A stretch of DNA of 16,162 bases. Origin: Candidatus Moanibacter sp. GTDB taxonomy: Bacteria; Verrucomicrobiota; Verrucomicrobiia; Opitutales; UBA2987. Below, in pieces: positions 1 through 7,289 of this stretch; the first letter of the stretch is position 1, and every line of letters begins with the position of its first letter. A model generated the notes under the pieces. The model had not been told where the DNA came from and did no database searches. It worked only from the letters and a program-made list of their open reading frames with translations. The stretch covers positions 1 through 16,162 of the forward strand of contig CBDCEW010000043.1 in assembly GCA_965215885.1 (NCBI GenBank). Reading direction: 5' to 3'. Both the position numbers and the translations under genes were made by a program.

Positions 1-1233
1 GTCGATGGCTCAACCATCTACTCGGCCCCTTACGAAGAGGAGGAATTTGGGAAATTCGGGTTTGCAGGACTTGGCAATGACGAAATGGTCATCAAGTCGC
101 TGGAAGCCAAAGGACAGTTTAAGGAATGGACGGCTCCTCCTCCGCTGACCAAGTATAGAGAAGGTTACAATGTACCGGTAGTTGATCTTTCACAGGATTC
201 CTCCCGACAGGTGATCGTCGCTCCCGGGGAGGATGTTGTCTCCTGCACCAAGGGGGATCATACACTGGATAGCACGGAAGGTTTCCAGCATCCCACTACG
301 CTTCTGCTCGATGACGGCAGCACCATGTTCTGCGTGTTCACCGTCGGCCACGGTGGAAGCTGCGGGCCGCTAAAGGTGAGTCATGACGGAGGTCTGACCT
401 GGACATGGGCACAGACACCCGAGAACTGGAAGACAGCCAGTAACGGCCCCTGTATCCATAAACTCAACGATAAGGATGGAACTCAAAGACTCTTCATCTT
501 TGCGCGGAGGGAGGAGAACTCGCCCATGGTCCAGACGGTGTCTCTTGACAACGGGATTACCTGGAGCGAATTCGAGGAGAATGGTCTGAAATGCGTAGTT
601 CCGCCTATCACGATAAAAGCTATATCGGGAAACAGGCACCTCGCTTTGTTCGATATTGCAGATCAAGGCGACAGGATCCAGCAGAGCATTTCCGGCGACG
701 GAGGTCTTACATGGGAACCCCAAATTGAGATCTCCGACGGTTCTCTCTGCTTCTCGGAGCCCTGCATTATCCGTTCGCCCGATGGCAATCAGTTGTTGGC
801 CATATTAAGAGAAAACTCCTTCTGGTACAATTCATACGGCATCATAAGCGATGACGAAGGAGAAACCTGGTGCGCTCCCTTTGAAATGCCCGGATCGGTC
901 ACCGGACACAGACACCTGGCTCGCTATGACGAAGACGGACGGATTGTGATGGTCTTCCGCGATATGGCCAGAGGCACAAAAACTCCTTCCGACTTCGCTG
1001 GATGGGTAGGCACCTACGATGACCTCGTGAACTGTCGAGAAGGGCAGTATAGGCTCCGGCTTGTTGAAAACAGCAAATACCAGCCGGATAACCCAGGCTT
1101 TACCGGCTATCCCGGTCTCGAGAGGTTGCCGGACGGTACTTTTGTTGCCACTACCTATGCCGTGCTTTCTCCAGGCCCTATTGCATCCATTGTTTCGGTC
1201 CGGTTTAAGCTGAGTGAGGTGGACGAACTCTGA
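1..1233 (+). CDS. Asp-box/BNR-repeat sialidase-like (GH33-like) beta-propeller protein, 5' end outside window
   Basis: Frame is open from base 1 (VDGSTIYSAPYEEEEFGKFGFAG), which aligns by eye to IDGRVAHEMEYIRESLGKVGFTAG of the paralog at 10408-12057, so ATG 85 is probably internal. Four Asp-boxes (SHDGGLTW, SLDNGITW, SGDGGLTW, SDDEGETW), SEP, LRENS and C-terminal GYP motifs. Confidence 0.85.
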   Translation, partial: VDGSTIYSAPYEEEEFGKFGFAGLGNDEMVIKSLEAKGQFKEWTAPPPLTKYREGYNVPVVDLSQDSSRQVIVAPGEDVVSCTKGDHTLDSTEGFQHPTTLLLDDGSTMFCVFTVGHGGSCGPLKVSHDGGLTWTWAQTPENWKTASNGPCIHKLNDKDGTQRLFIFARREENSPMVQTVSLDNGITWSEFEENGLKCVVPPITIKAISGNRHLALFDIADQGDRIQQSISGDGGLTWEPQIEISDGSLCFSEPCIIRSPDGNQLLAILRENSFWYNSYGIISDDEGETWCAPFEMPGSVTGHRHLARYDEDGRIVMVFRDMARGTKTPSDFAGWVGTYDDLVNCREGQYRLRLVENSKYQPDNPGFTGYPGLERLPDGTFVATTYAVLSPGPIASIVSVRFKLSEVDEL

Positions 1234-1461
1234 TGATCAACTGTCGATCTGTGAATTGTTAACGAACGATGGGAGAAGGAGATTAAAGAGACACGGAGAC
1301 GCGCGGAAGGGGAGACACGGAGACGTAACCGCACCTTTGTCGTAAGCTTCGTCGTGATTCATAATCGTAATCTAAAGTCGAAAAGACAGATCGACCGGAG
1401 ATCACGATTGCGAATCACGATGGGAGAAGGGGAGCGGTTCGCTCTTCGTCGTGATCATAAT

Positions 1462-1486
1462 CCATTCGGCGGGGCTCATGGCAGGC
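1462..1486 (+). repeat. 25-nt REP-like micro-element (ccattcggcggggctcatggcaggc) inserted in a hairpin left arm
   Basis: Removing it restores ataat|tgtgatct, matching the uninterrupted arm ataatcgtgatct. Confidence 0.8.
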
Positions 1487-1512
1487 TGTGATCTAAGCTC
1501 GAAATAGGAAGA

Positions 1513-1617
1513 TCGACAAGGTTCGGGACGAGGTTCGGGACCCGTCGTCGCTCCGCTCTGCCGAGGCAAGCAAGGTTACCCTTTCGGGTGGTACGGCCTG
1601 AAGGTAATAGAAAACTG
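1513..1617. repeat. ~100-bp module shared with 15869-15960; 12-mer units interrupted by a 30-nt insert (1542-1571)
   Basis: tcgacaaggttc gggacgaggttc gggac[ccgtcgtcgctccgctctgccgaggcaagc]aaggtt accctttcgggtggt...gaaaact aligns with the copy near the window end. Confidence 0.8.
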
Positions 1618-1720
1618 ACGGAAGGGCATTGATCGCCTTTGCCAATTCGTAGAAAAGCTCCCGCGTTCCTCTACAGAGGGTACCCCTCATTTTGGCTCGC
1701 TTCGCCAGGAATTGGACACT

Positions 1721-1828
1721 GTAGCCGGCTTCGCAAGAAGGCGGGAAAGAAGATCGAAACGCCTAACCTGGTAATTGCAGCCGATTTAGGGATCGACGGC
1801 AGAACCGAACGCTTGCGCGTCCGGCTAC
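1721..1828. repeat. REPIN-like pair of inverted GTAG REPs (GTAG ends outside)
   Basis: 1721-1744 GTAG-ccggcttc-GCAA-gaaggcgg on +; 1805-1828 reads GTAG-ccggacgc-GCAA-gcgttcgg on -; 60-nt spacer. Confidence 0.8.
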
Positions 1829-1873
1829 CTAGCGATCTAAGGTCGAAAGAGGGAGGATCGACTGGAGAGCACG

Positions 1874-1898
1874 GCCTGCCATGAGCCCCGTCGAATGG
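1874..1898 (-). repeat. 25-nt REP-like micro-element inserted in a hairpin right arm
   Basis: gcctgccatgagccccgtcgaatgg lies between agagcacg and attgtgag; it is the reverse complement of the 1462-1486 type. Confidence 0.8.
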
Positions 1899-2140
1899 AT
1901 TGTGAGTCACGATGTGAGAGAGGGATTGGAGAGACACGGAGACGCGGGGAAGGGGAGAGGGAGAGAGTTTCGATCTTCTGTCGTGGATCATAATCGTGAT
2001 CTAAAATCGAAAGAAGAAAAGATCGACGAGAGATCACGATTGAGAGTCACGATGGGACGGGGGGGTACCGATTCGCTCTTTCGTCGTGATCATAATCGTG
2101 ATCTAAAGTCGAAAGAAGGGAAGATCGACGGGAGATCACG

Positions 2141-2164
2141 GCCTGCCATGAGCCCGTCGAATGG
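2141..2164 (-). repeat. 24-nt REP-like micro-element inserted in a hairpin right arm
   Basis: gcctgccatgagcccgtcgaatgg lies between agatcacg and attgag; the empty site agatcacg|attgag is seen at 2031-2044. Confidence 0.85.
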
Positions 2165-2319
2165 ATTGAGAATCACGATGGGAGAGAGAGGTTGGAGAGA
2201 CACGGAGACGCGGGGACATGGAGAAGGGAAACTGATCGATCTTCTGCCCTTGCACAGGTTCTCCTATGGAACATAGTAATAAATTATCAGCTCCCAGACC
2301 AACTTGCAGGAGGATAATA

Positions 2320-4962
2320 ATGAGTTTATCTAAGAGCTCACGCCCTGCGGCACGCAGGATTCCACTTCTGCTGGACTGTGCCCCGGTATCGGAAGGAAGC
2401 AGCTTCAACCTCACGCAGGGCCTGCCTTTTGCGGATGGACAACTCGAGAGCGGGGCCCCGGTGCGAGTGGTGGACGCCGACGGTACGGCATACCCGACAC
2501 AGGGACAGACGCTGGCCACCTGGCGGCCCGACGGCCGGCATGTTAAGTGGCTTCTGATTGACGCACAGCTTCCCGGCAGTTTGCTGAAGGACTCGCAAAA
2601 TATATTCCTGGAGTATGGCCCGGGTGTGGAGACGGTCCCGCCTGATGACCCAGTTCGAATCGAGTACTTTGACGAAGATATGGGACGCCCGGCGAGCATG
2701 CGGAACGAGCACCTATGCCTGCGTTTTCGGGACATGATCCAAGACCCCAATCCAAACTTCCTGACGGCTGTGGAGGTTAACGGTGAAAAAGGCTGGCAGG
2801 ACCCGCTCTCGGGTCGGTCGGGGCCGGTCCTCTACGCGATTGATGGCAATGGGCACGGGTGCGACTCGCTCGCGGGAGCGCCGGCCCCTCATATCGAGGT
2901 GGAAGAGTACGGACCGATTCGCAGTTCGGTTTGCGTACGCGGCATGCACGCTGATAAGGACGGCCGGCAGTTACTTCCCTACATCCTGCGCATTCACCTC
3001 TTCTCCGGATCCGGAAAGCTTCGCGTGTTCCATACATTTGTCTTCGACCAGAACCCCGATCGATTCAAGCTCGCCGCGATTGGTCTTCGCATTCCCTTGA
3101 ACCTTGGCGACCAGCTAAAGATGTCGTTTGGCGGCGAGAGCGCTCCCTTCCAGGCGGAACCCAGGAGACATGCAACCTGGCTGCAGGAAGACGACAGAAA
3201 CTACAGAGTAGAGATCGATGGTCAGCAATCCTCGAAAGGGGCGACCACGCGAGGCTGGGCGAAACTCTCGGGCCCGCGGGGTTCCGCCGTGGTGGTGTTG
3301 CGCGATGCCTGGCAGGAGCATCCCAAGGGGATTGCCCTCGACCAGGACGGCACCATGGATCTACAGCTCCTGCCGAGCGGAGCGGGACGCCTCCTGGACC
3401 TCGAAGTCCCATGGAAGGAAGGATTCATCCACTGCTCCGCCGAACCTGCCAGGACCGAGGAAGAACTTCTGAATGCCATGGCCAAGCGTCCGACGGCGGG
3501 GGTTAATTTCAAAGGATATTATGGATCGAGCGCCATGCCAGAGGGTTCGGCTGAAGGGGATATGCAATCCGTCAGGGACGCGAAGGCCTTCGCGGAGAAA
3601 CACCTGCAGGGGCGACATTATGTGGTTGGCGACGTCGGCTTTACGGGCAGGGCCACAGGTCTGGCTAAGACTCACGAATTCTGGTTGGACGTCCGCCCCG
3701 AGGTGGTTGATGATGAGGCTGCTGAGCAATGGGCCGCTTTCGTGCAGACGCCGCCTATCGCGCCACCTGAACCCGAGTACACCTGCGGCACCGGCGTGCT
3801 CCGGATCATGCATCCGCGGGATGTGGAGCGTTTCGGCGAAGTGGAGAAGGGCCTCGAAGCCATGTTCGACAATCTGCTGGATGGCCCTGTGGCGGCGGAC
3901 CGCTTATACGGTATGATTGACTACGGTGATCTGCTCAACGCCCATGGTCGTGCGCACGGCTATACCTATCGTGTTTTCAAAGACGACCCAAATGTGAAGA
4001 TCACGGATCTCATCGGATGGTTCAACAACGAATGTTTCGACAATAACTACACGCAATGGAGTAACTTCCTTCGTACGGGAGAGCGGAAGTACTGGCGGTT
4101 GGCGGAGGCCTACTCGGAGCATCTGGAGGATGTGGATACCATCCACGTGGACCCCTTGCATCCCGGATCGGTTGGGCTCACACACTATCACAATATCCTA
4201 CACTGGAGCGGGAACCCCAGCCCTTCCCACACGCAGATTCAAGGCTGGCTGACGCACTATTTTCTCACGGGCAATCGTCGCGCGTTGGAGGTAGCGCGCG
4301 AAGCAGCGGAGAACGCACTTCGCCGGCAGGAACCTGCGGGCATGGTTTCGAACCGCCACGGCGTTTTGCGGCGCGAATACACCGCTCCGATGGGCAACCT
4401 CTGGCTATTCTATGAGACAAGGTGGGAAGAGAAGTTTGGAGATTGCGCGCGACGATCGCTCGATGTCTTCCTCGAGGCGCAACTGGAGAGTGGTCACTGG
4501 CCACGAGACATTTTCACCGGCGGGGAGCGAGGCGATGAGGTCACCATTACCGAAGACATGGAAGAGCTTCGTGGGTGGCTTCTGGAGCCCCACGTATTGT
4601 ACGATGTTTATAAACTAACGGAAGACGCGCGTATCGAACGAGCGGTCCTCGCAGCCGGGGACGCACTCGTGGAAGAACATCGTGTTTTTGAACCGACGGA
4701 CCGGGCTCGCCTGATCGGCGATACTTACATGATTTCCGCGAAACCGGCGCTTATGTGGCTGGCCTTCGCCAGCGAACTGAGCAATGATCCGAAGTATCTC
4801 CCGCCCATCCGGGAGTTCCTGGATGAGCTTCCCGCCATGGCGAAGGCGTGGGCCGCGTTTGACAAGTGGGTGCCTTTGCAAATGGTTGGATTTATGCCAC
4901 GCTATGCCGCCGTGGCCATGGCGGCGATGGTCAAGGGCAGACCTGAATCTGGAAATCTGTGA
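2320..4962 (+). CDS. PcRGLX/YetA-like (PL26 exo-rhamnogalacturonan lyase family-like) protein, paralog 1
   Basis: AGGAGG at 2308-2313 precedes ATG 2320 (preferred over 2266). N-terminal GLPFADGQL...TLATWRPDG.HVKWLLID barrel-type signature, EYGPIRSSV, YGMIDYGD and WFNNE motifs, then a helical toroid-like C-terminus (YFLTGNRRALE). Confidence 0.75.
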   Translation: MSLSKSSRPAARRIPLLLDCAPVSEGSSFNLTQGLPFADGQLESGAPVRVVDADGTAYPTQGQTLATWRPDGRHVKWLLIDAQLPGSLLKDSQNIFLEYGPGVETVPPDDPVRIEYFDEDMGRPASMRNEHLCLRFRDMIQDPNPNFLTAVEVNGEKGWQDPLSGRSGPVLYAIDGNGHGCDSLAGAPAPHIEVEEYGPIRSSVCVRGMHADKDGRQLLPYILRIHLFSGSGKLRVFHTFVFDQNPDRFKLAAIGLRIPLNLGDQLKMSFGGESAPFQAEPRRHATWLQEDDRNYRVEIDGQQSSKGATTRGWAKLSGPRGSAVVVLRDAWQEHPKGIALDQDGTMDLQLLPSGAGRLLDLEVPWKEGFIHCSAEPARTEEELLNAMAKRPTAGVNFKGYYGSSAMPEGSAEGDMQSVRDAKAFAEKHLQGRHYVVGDVGFTGRATGLAKTHEFWLDVRPEVVDDEAAEQWAAFVQTPPIAPPEPEYTCGTGVLRIMHPRDVERFGEVEKGLEAMFDNLLDGPVAADRLYGMIDYGDLLNAHGRAHGYTYRVFKDDPNVKITDLIGWFNNECFDNNYTQWSNFLRTGERKYWRLAEAYSEHLEDVDTIHVDPLHPGSVGLTHYHNILHWSGNPSPSHTQIQGWLTHYFLTGNRRALEVAREAAENALRRQEPAGMVSNRHGVLRREYTAPMGNLWLFYETRWEEKFGDCARRSLDVFLEAQLESGHWPRDIFTGGERGDEVTITEDMEELRGWLLEPHVLYDVYKLTEDARIERAVLAAGDALVEEHRVFEPTDRARLIGDTYMISAKPALMWLAFASELSNDPKYLPPIREFLDELPAMAKAWAAFDKWVPLQMVGFMPRYAAVAMAAMVKGRPESGNL

Positions 4963-5065
4963 GATGTCCAGACCCGAGTGAAATCCCGGCGTGCCGGGGA
5001 AAAGATGTGTTTATCAGACGATTATTATTCCGACCACTAAATAGTAACAGGTCTTGTCAACGCAC

Positions 5066-6957
5066 CAGGGTAAAAGGATTCCAGGAAGCAACTAGCTGAT
5101 AAGCAAGAAGATAAAAAAGAGCTAAACAAACCCGAGGGAATCAGTCATGTTAAGATGGGATGAAAGACAAAAAATCTTACCAACTGAATCCTTCGATAGA
5201 TCGTTTAACTCTGCGTCTGGTCCTGCCCGAAGAGCAGGAGCGATTCAATGATCTATTGAAACAACATCATTATTTACACAGTGCGGGCAGCGCAGGAGAG
5301 ACCCTGCGCTATGTGGCGCAGATCGACGGGCAATGGATGGGCCTGCTCTTGTGGGGGGCCGCATCCTACCGGCTGAAGGATCGAGACGAATGGATCGGGA
5401 GGGACGGGGCGCAACGGCATGCACGATTGAAACTGGTAGTACAGAACCGGCGTTTTCTGATTTTGCCCGGGGTGGATCTTGCAAATTTGGCCTCCAAGAC
5501 GTTGGGTATGTGCCTGAGAGTCTTAGCCGATCACTGGCAGGAGGCTTTTGGCTATCGTCCCTTAGTAGCGGAAACGTTCGTGGACCCACAGATTCACCGG
5601 GGCACTTGCTACGAAGCGAGCGGGTGGACGCCCTTGGGCTTGAGCGCGGGATATGGCCGCCAACGCGAAGATTTCTATCAACGCCATGAGCGTCCCAAGC
5701 AGATCTGGGTCAAACCCCTCAAGGCTAATGCCCTTGAGCTTTTGCGCGCTTCAGGGCCATTGCCCGCGGCACAGAGCCAGGCGCTCAATGAAACCGATAA
5801 CTCCCATGCGGTCTGCCTCAAAGTGGAACAGATGAGCAGCCTGTGGGAACGCTTCAATCAGATAGAAGACTTCCGTCGTAAAGCGGGCCTTAGATATCGG
5901 CTCGCCACGGTCCTGAGCATGATTGTGCTCGGCACGATGTGCGGCAAACAGACCCTCAAGGGCATCGTGCGCCTGGCCCATCATCTCAATCAAGCCCAAT
6001 TGCGCGCCTTACGCTCCTGGAAAACCCCAAAACAGGCCGCTATAAGGCCCCTTGCTATGATGTCTTCTATCGGGTCTTGCAAAACGTAAAGGCCGAGCTC
6101 TTCGATAAAACTCTCACCGAATTCATCTGCTTACAAGACGGCTGTTTGCCCCGCGATATTGCCGTCGACGGCAAGACCCTCAAAGGCACAAACACCGAAG
6201 AATCAAAGGCTCTGCACCTGGTGGCCGCAGTCGATCACCAAAGCGCTCAAACCTTAGCCCAAGTCGCTACCGCCGATAAATCCAACGCGATCACCGCCGC
6301 CCAGACTCTCTTGCGAAAGATGCCCATTTTGGACGGCTCCACCTTCACCTTCGACGCCATGCATAATCAAAAAGAAACTGCCCACATCGTCGTCGAAGAA
6401 CTCAGTGCTGACTATGTTATTCAAATTAAAGACAATCAGCCCAACATGCATCAATACGCTCAGAATCTCTTCAGCTCCACCCCCTTTTTCTCCACCAAAC
6501 CGTGGACAATGACCATGGGCGACTCGAAATACGTCAAATAGCAACCCATTCTCTAAGCGCTCCCTCTGCCGGCCTGCCCCATGCCCGCCAGTTCGCCTGT
6601 GTGCAACGCACCTTCCATTATCCAAACAAAGCTGAACCTTCCTCTGAACGCTCTTACTACGTAAGCAGTCTCGATCCCGCCGATTTGAGCCCTCAACAGT
6701 TCCTCTCGAAAATTCGCAACCATTGGTCGATCGAAAATAAAAATCATTACCCCAGGGATCGCTTCTTCGATGAAGATCGATGTATGATCCGTAATCATAA
6801 CGCAGCCAGAATTCTTGCTGCATGCAGGCAACTGGTTCTCAGCCTCAAGTCTTCCATGGGCGCTGAATCCACTCCCGCACTCTGTGATGATTTCGTCTTT
6901 AACTTACATAAGGCCATCAATATCATCACCTAATGCTCCGAGAATCAAAATACCGTG
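5066..6957 (+). mobile_element. ISAs1-family insertion sequence, 1892 bp, with 10-bp target-site duplication
   Basis: Perfect direct repeat gtcaacgcac at 5056-5065 and 6958-6967; imperfect TIRs CAGGGTAAAAGGATTC / CACGGTATTTTGATTC; encloses the transposase ORFs. Confidence 0.92.
5160..6933 (+). pseudogene. DUF4338(DruA-like)-fused ISAs1 DDE transposase split by two -1 frameshifts (ORFs 5160-6089, 5939-6541, 6502-6933)
   Basis: ORF1 has HHYL..GETLRYVA, NRRFLILP and ETFVD..HRGTCYEASGW, then IEDFRRKAGLRYRL (ISAs1 N-terminus). ORF2 has IAVDGKTLKG, TFDAMHNQKE and DYVIQIKDNQP. ORF3 has HGRLEIR and IRNHWSIENKNHYPRD..FDED. Frame breaks fall at homopolymers 6021-6028 and 6480-6489. Confidence 0.85.
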
Positions 6958-7073
6958 GTCAACGCACTTCCACCTTCCATAGTTTTCGACAGTTGATGAA
7001 TGACGCTATTCGTCACCTGGCGATGGGATAAGAATGCAGATGGGATTCAAACCTGCAATGTGCTCTGCCACCT

Positions 7074-7180
7074 TGTCATTGCGAGCCCAGCGGAGCTGGG
7101 CGTGGCAATCCAGTGAAAGGTCGGTGGATCTTGTCTAAACCCGGATCGCCGCGCCGCCCCTCGGGCGGCTCGCGATGACA
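7074..7180. repeat. Palindromic element of the GTCATTGCGAG...GTGGCAATC...CTCGC(A/G)ATGAC type
   Basis: tgtcattgcgag (7074) pairs with ctcgcgatgaca (ending 7180); gcgtggcaatcc pairs with ggatcgccgcgc; side hairpins gcccagc-gga-gctgggc and gccgccc-ctc-gggcggc (stems allow alternative registers). Confidence 0.8.
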
Positions 7181-7289
7181 GTGTGCTACAATTCAATTGC
7201 CGGAGTAATAGATTAAATCGGTAGCGGAGTCTTCGGGCTAGTTTTCGTCTAACTGGGAATGTATCCCCGAACTGAAAGAATGTTTAACG

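Larger units (their letters stand above)
1238..2245. repeat. Modular intergenic repeat array A (hairpin units + purine-rich modules + short linkers)
   Basis: Hairpin unit cgtcgtg(g)atcataatcgtgatct-aaagtcgaaa..gatcgac..-agatcacgattgagagtcacgatg at 1350-1422, 1980-2054 and 2082-2180, with partial copies at 1447-1518 and 1833-1914. Modules of type ggagagacacggagacgcgggga at ~1270-1325, ~1914-1966 and ~2180-2229. Confidence 0.9.
5023..7210. mobile_element. Putative older MITE (~286 bp once the IS is removed) with imperfect 27-bp TIRs, interrupted by the ISAs1 element
   Basis: Left end tattattccgaccactaaatagtaaca (5023-5049) vs reverse complement of 7184-7210 tattactccggcaattgaattgtagca: 20/27 identical, both starting TA. 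Confidence 0.6.

Noticed and set aside
1350..2180. CRISPR array
   Set aside because: Units are ~75-nt degenerate hairpins separated by other repeated modules rather than unique, equal-length spacers; no cas genes in the window.
1493..2276. Small ORFs in array A (e.g. 1881-2276, 1671-1991, 1493-1690) and at 15796-16003
   Set aside because: They are translations of the repeats (DHNRDLKSKE recurs with the hairpin); no credible protein signature.
2266..2319. Longer start for paralog 1 at 2266
   Set aside because: A strong AGGAGG precedes ATG 2320, and similarity to paralog 2 begins downstream of it.
4984..5003. Intrinsic terminator after paralog 1
   Set aside because: The GC stem cccgg-cgtg-ccggg is followed by As rather than a U-tract on the + strand.
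5160..6089. Druantia defence system
   Set aside because: The DruA-like domain lies inside the IS ends, fused to the transposase; no DruE helicase or other dru genes are present.
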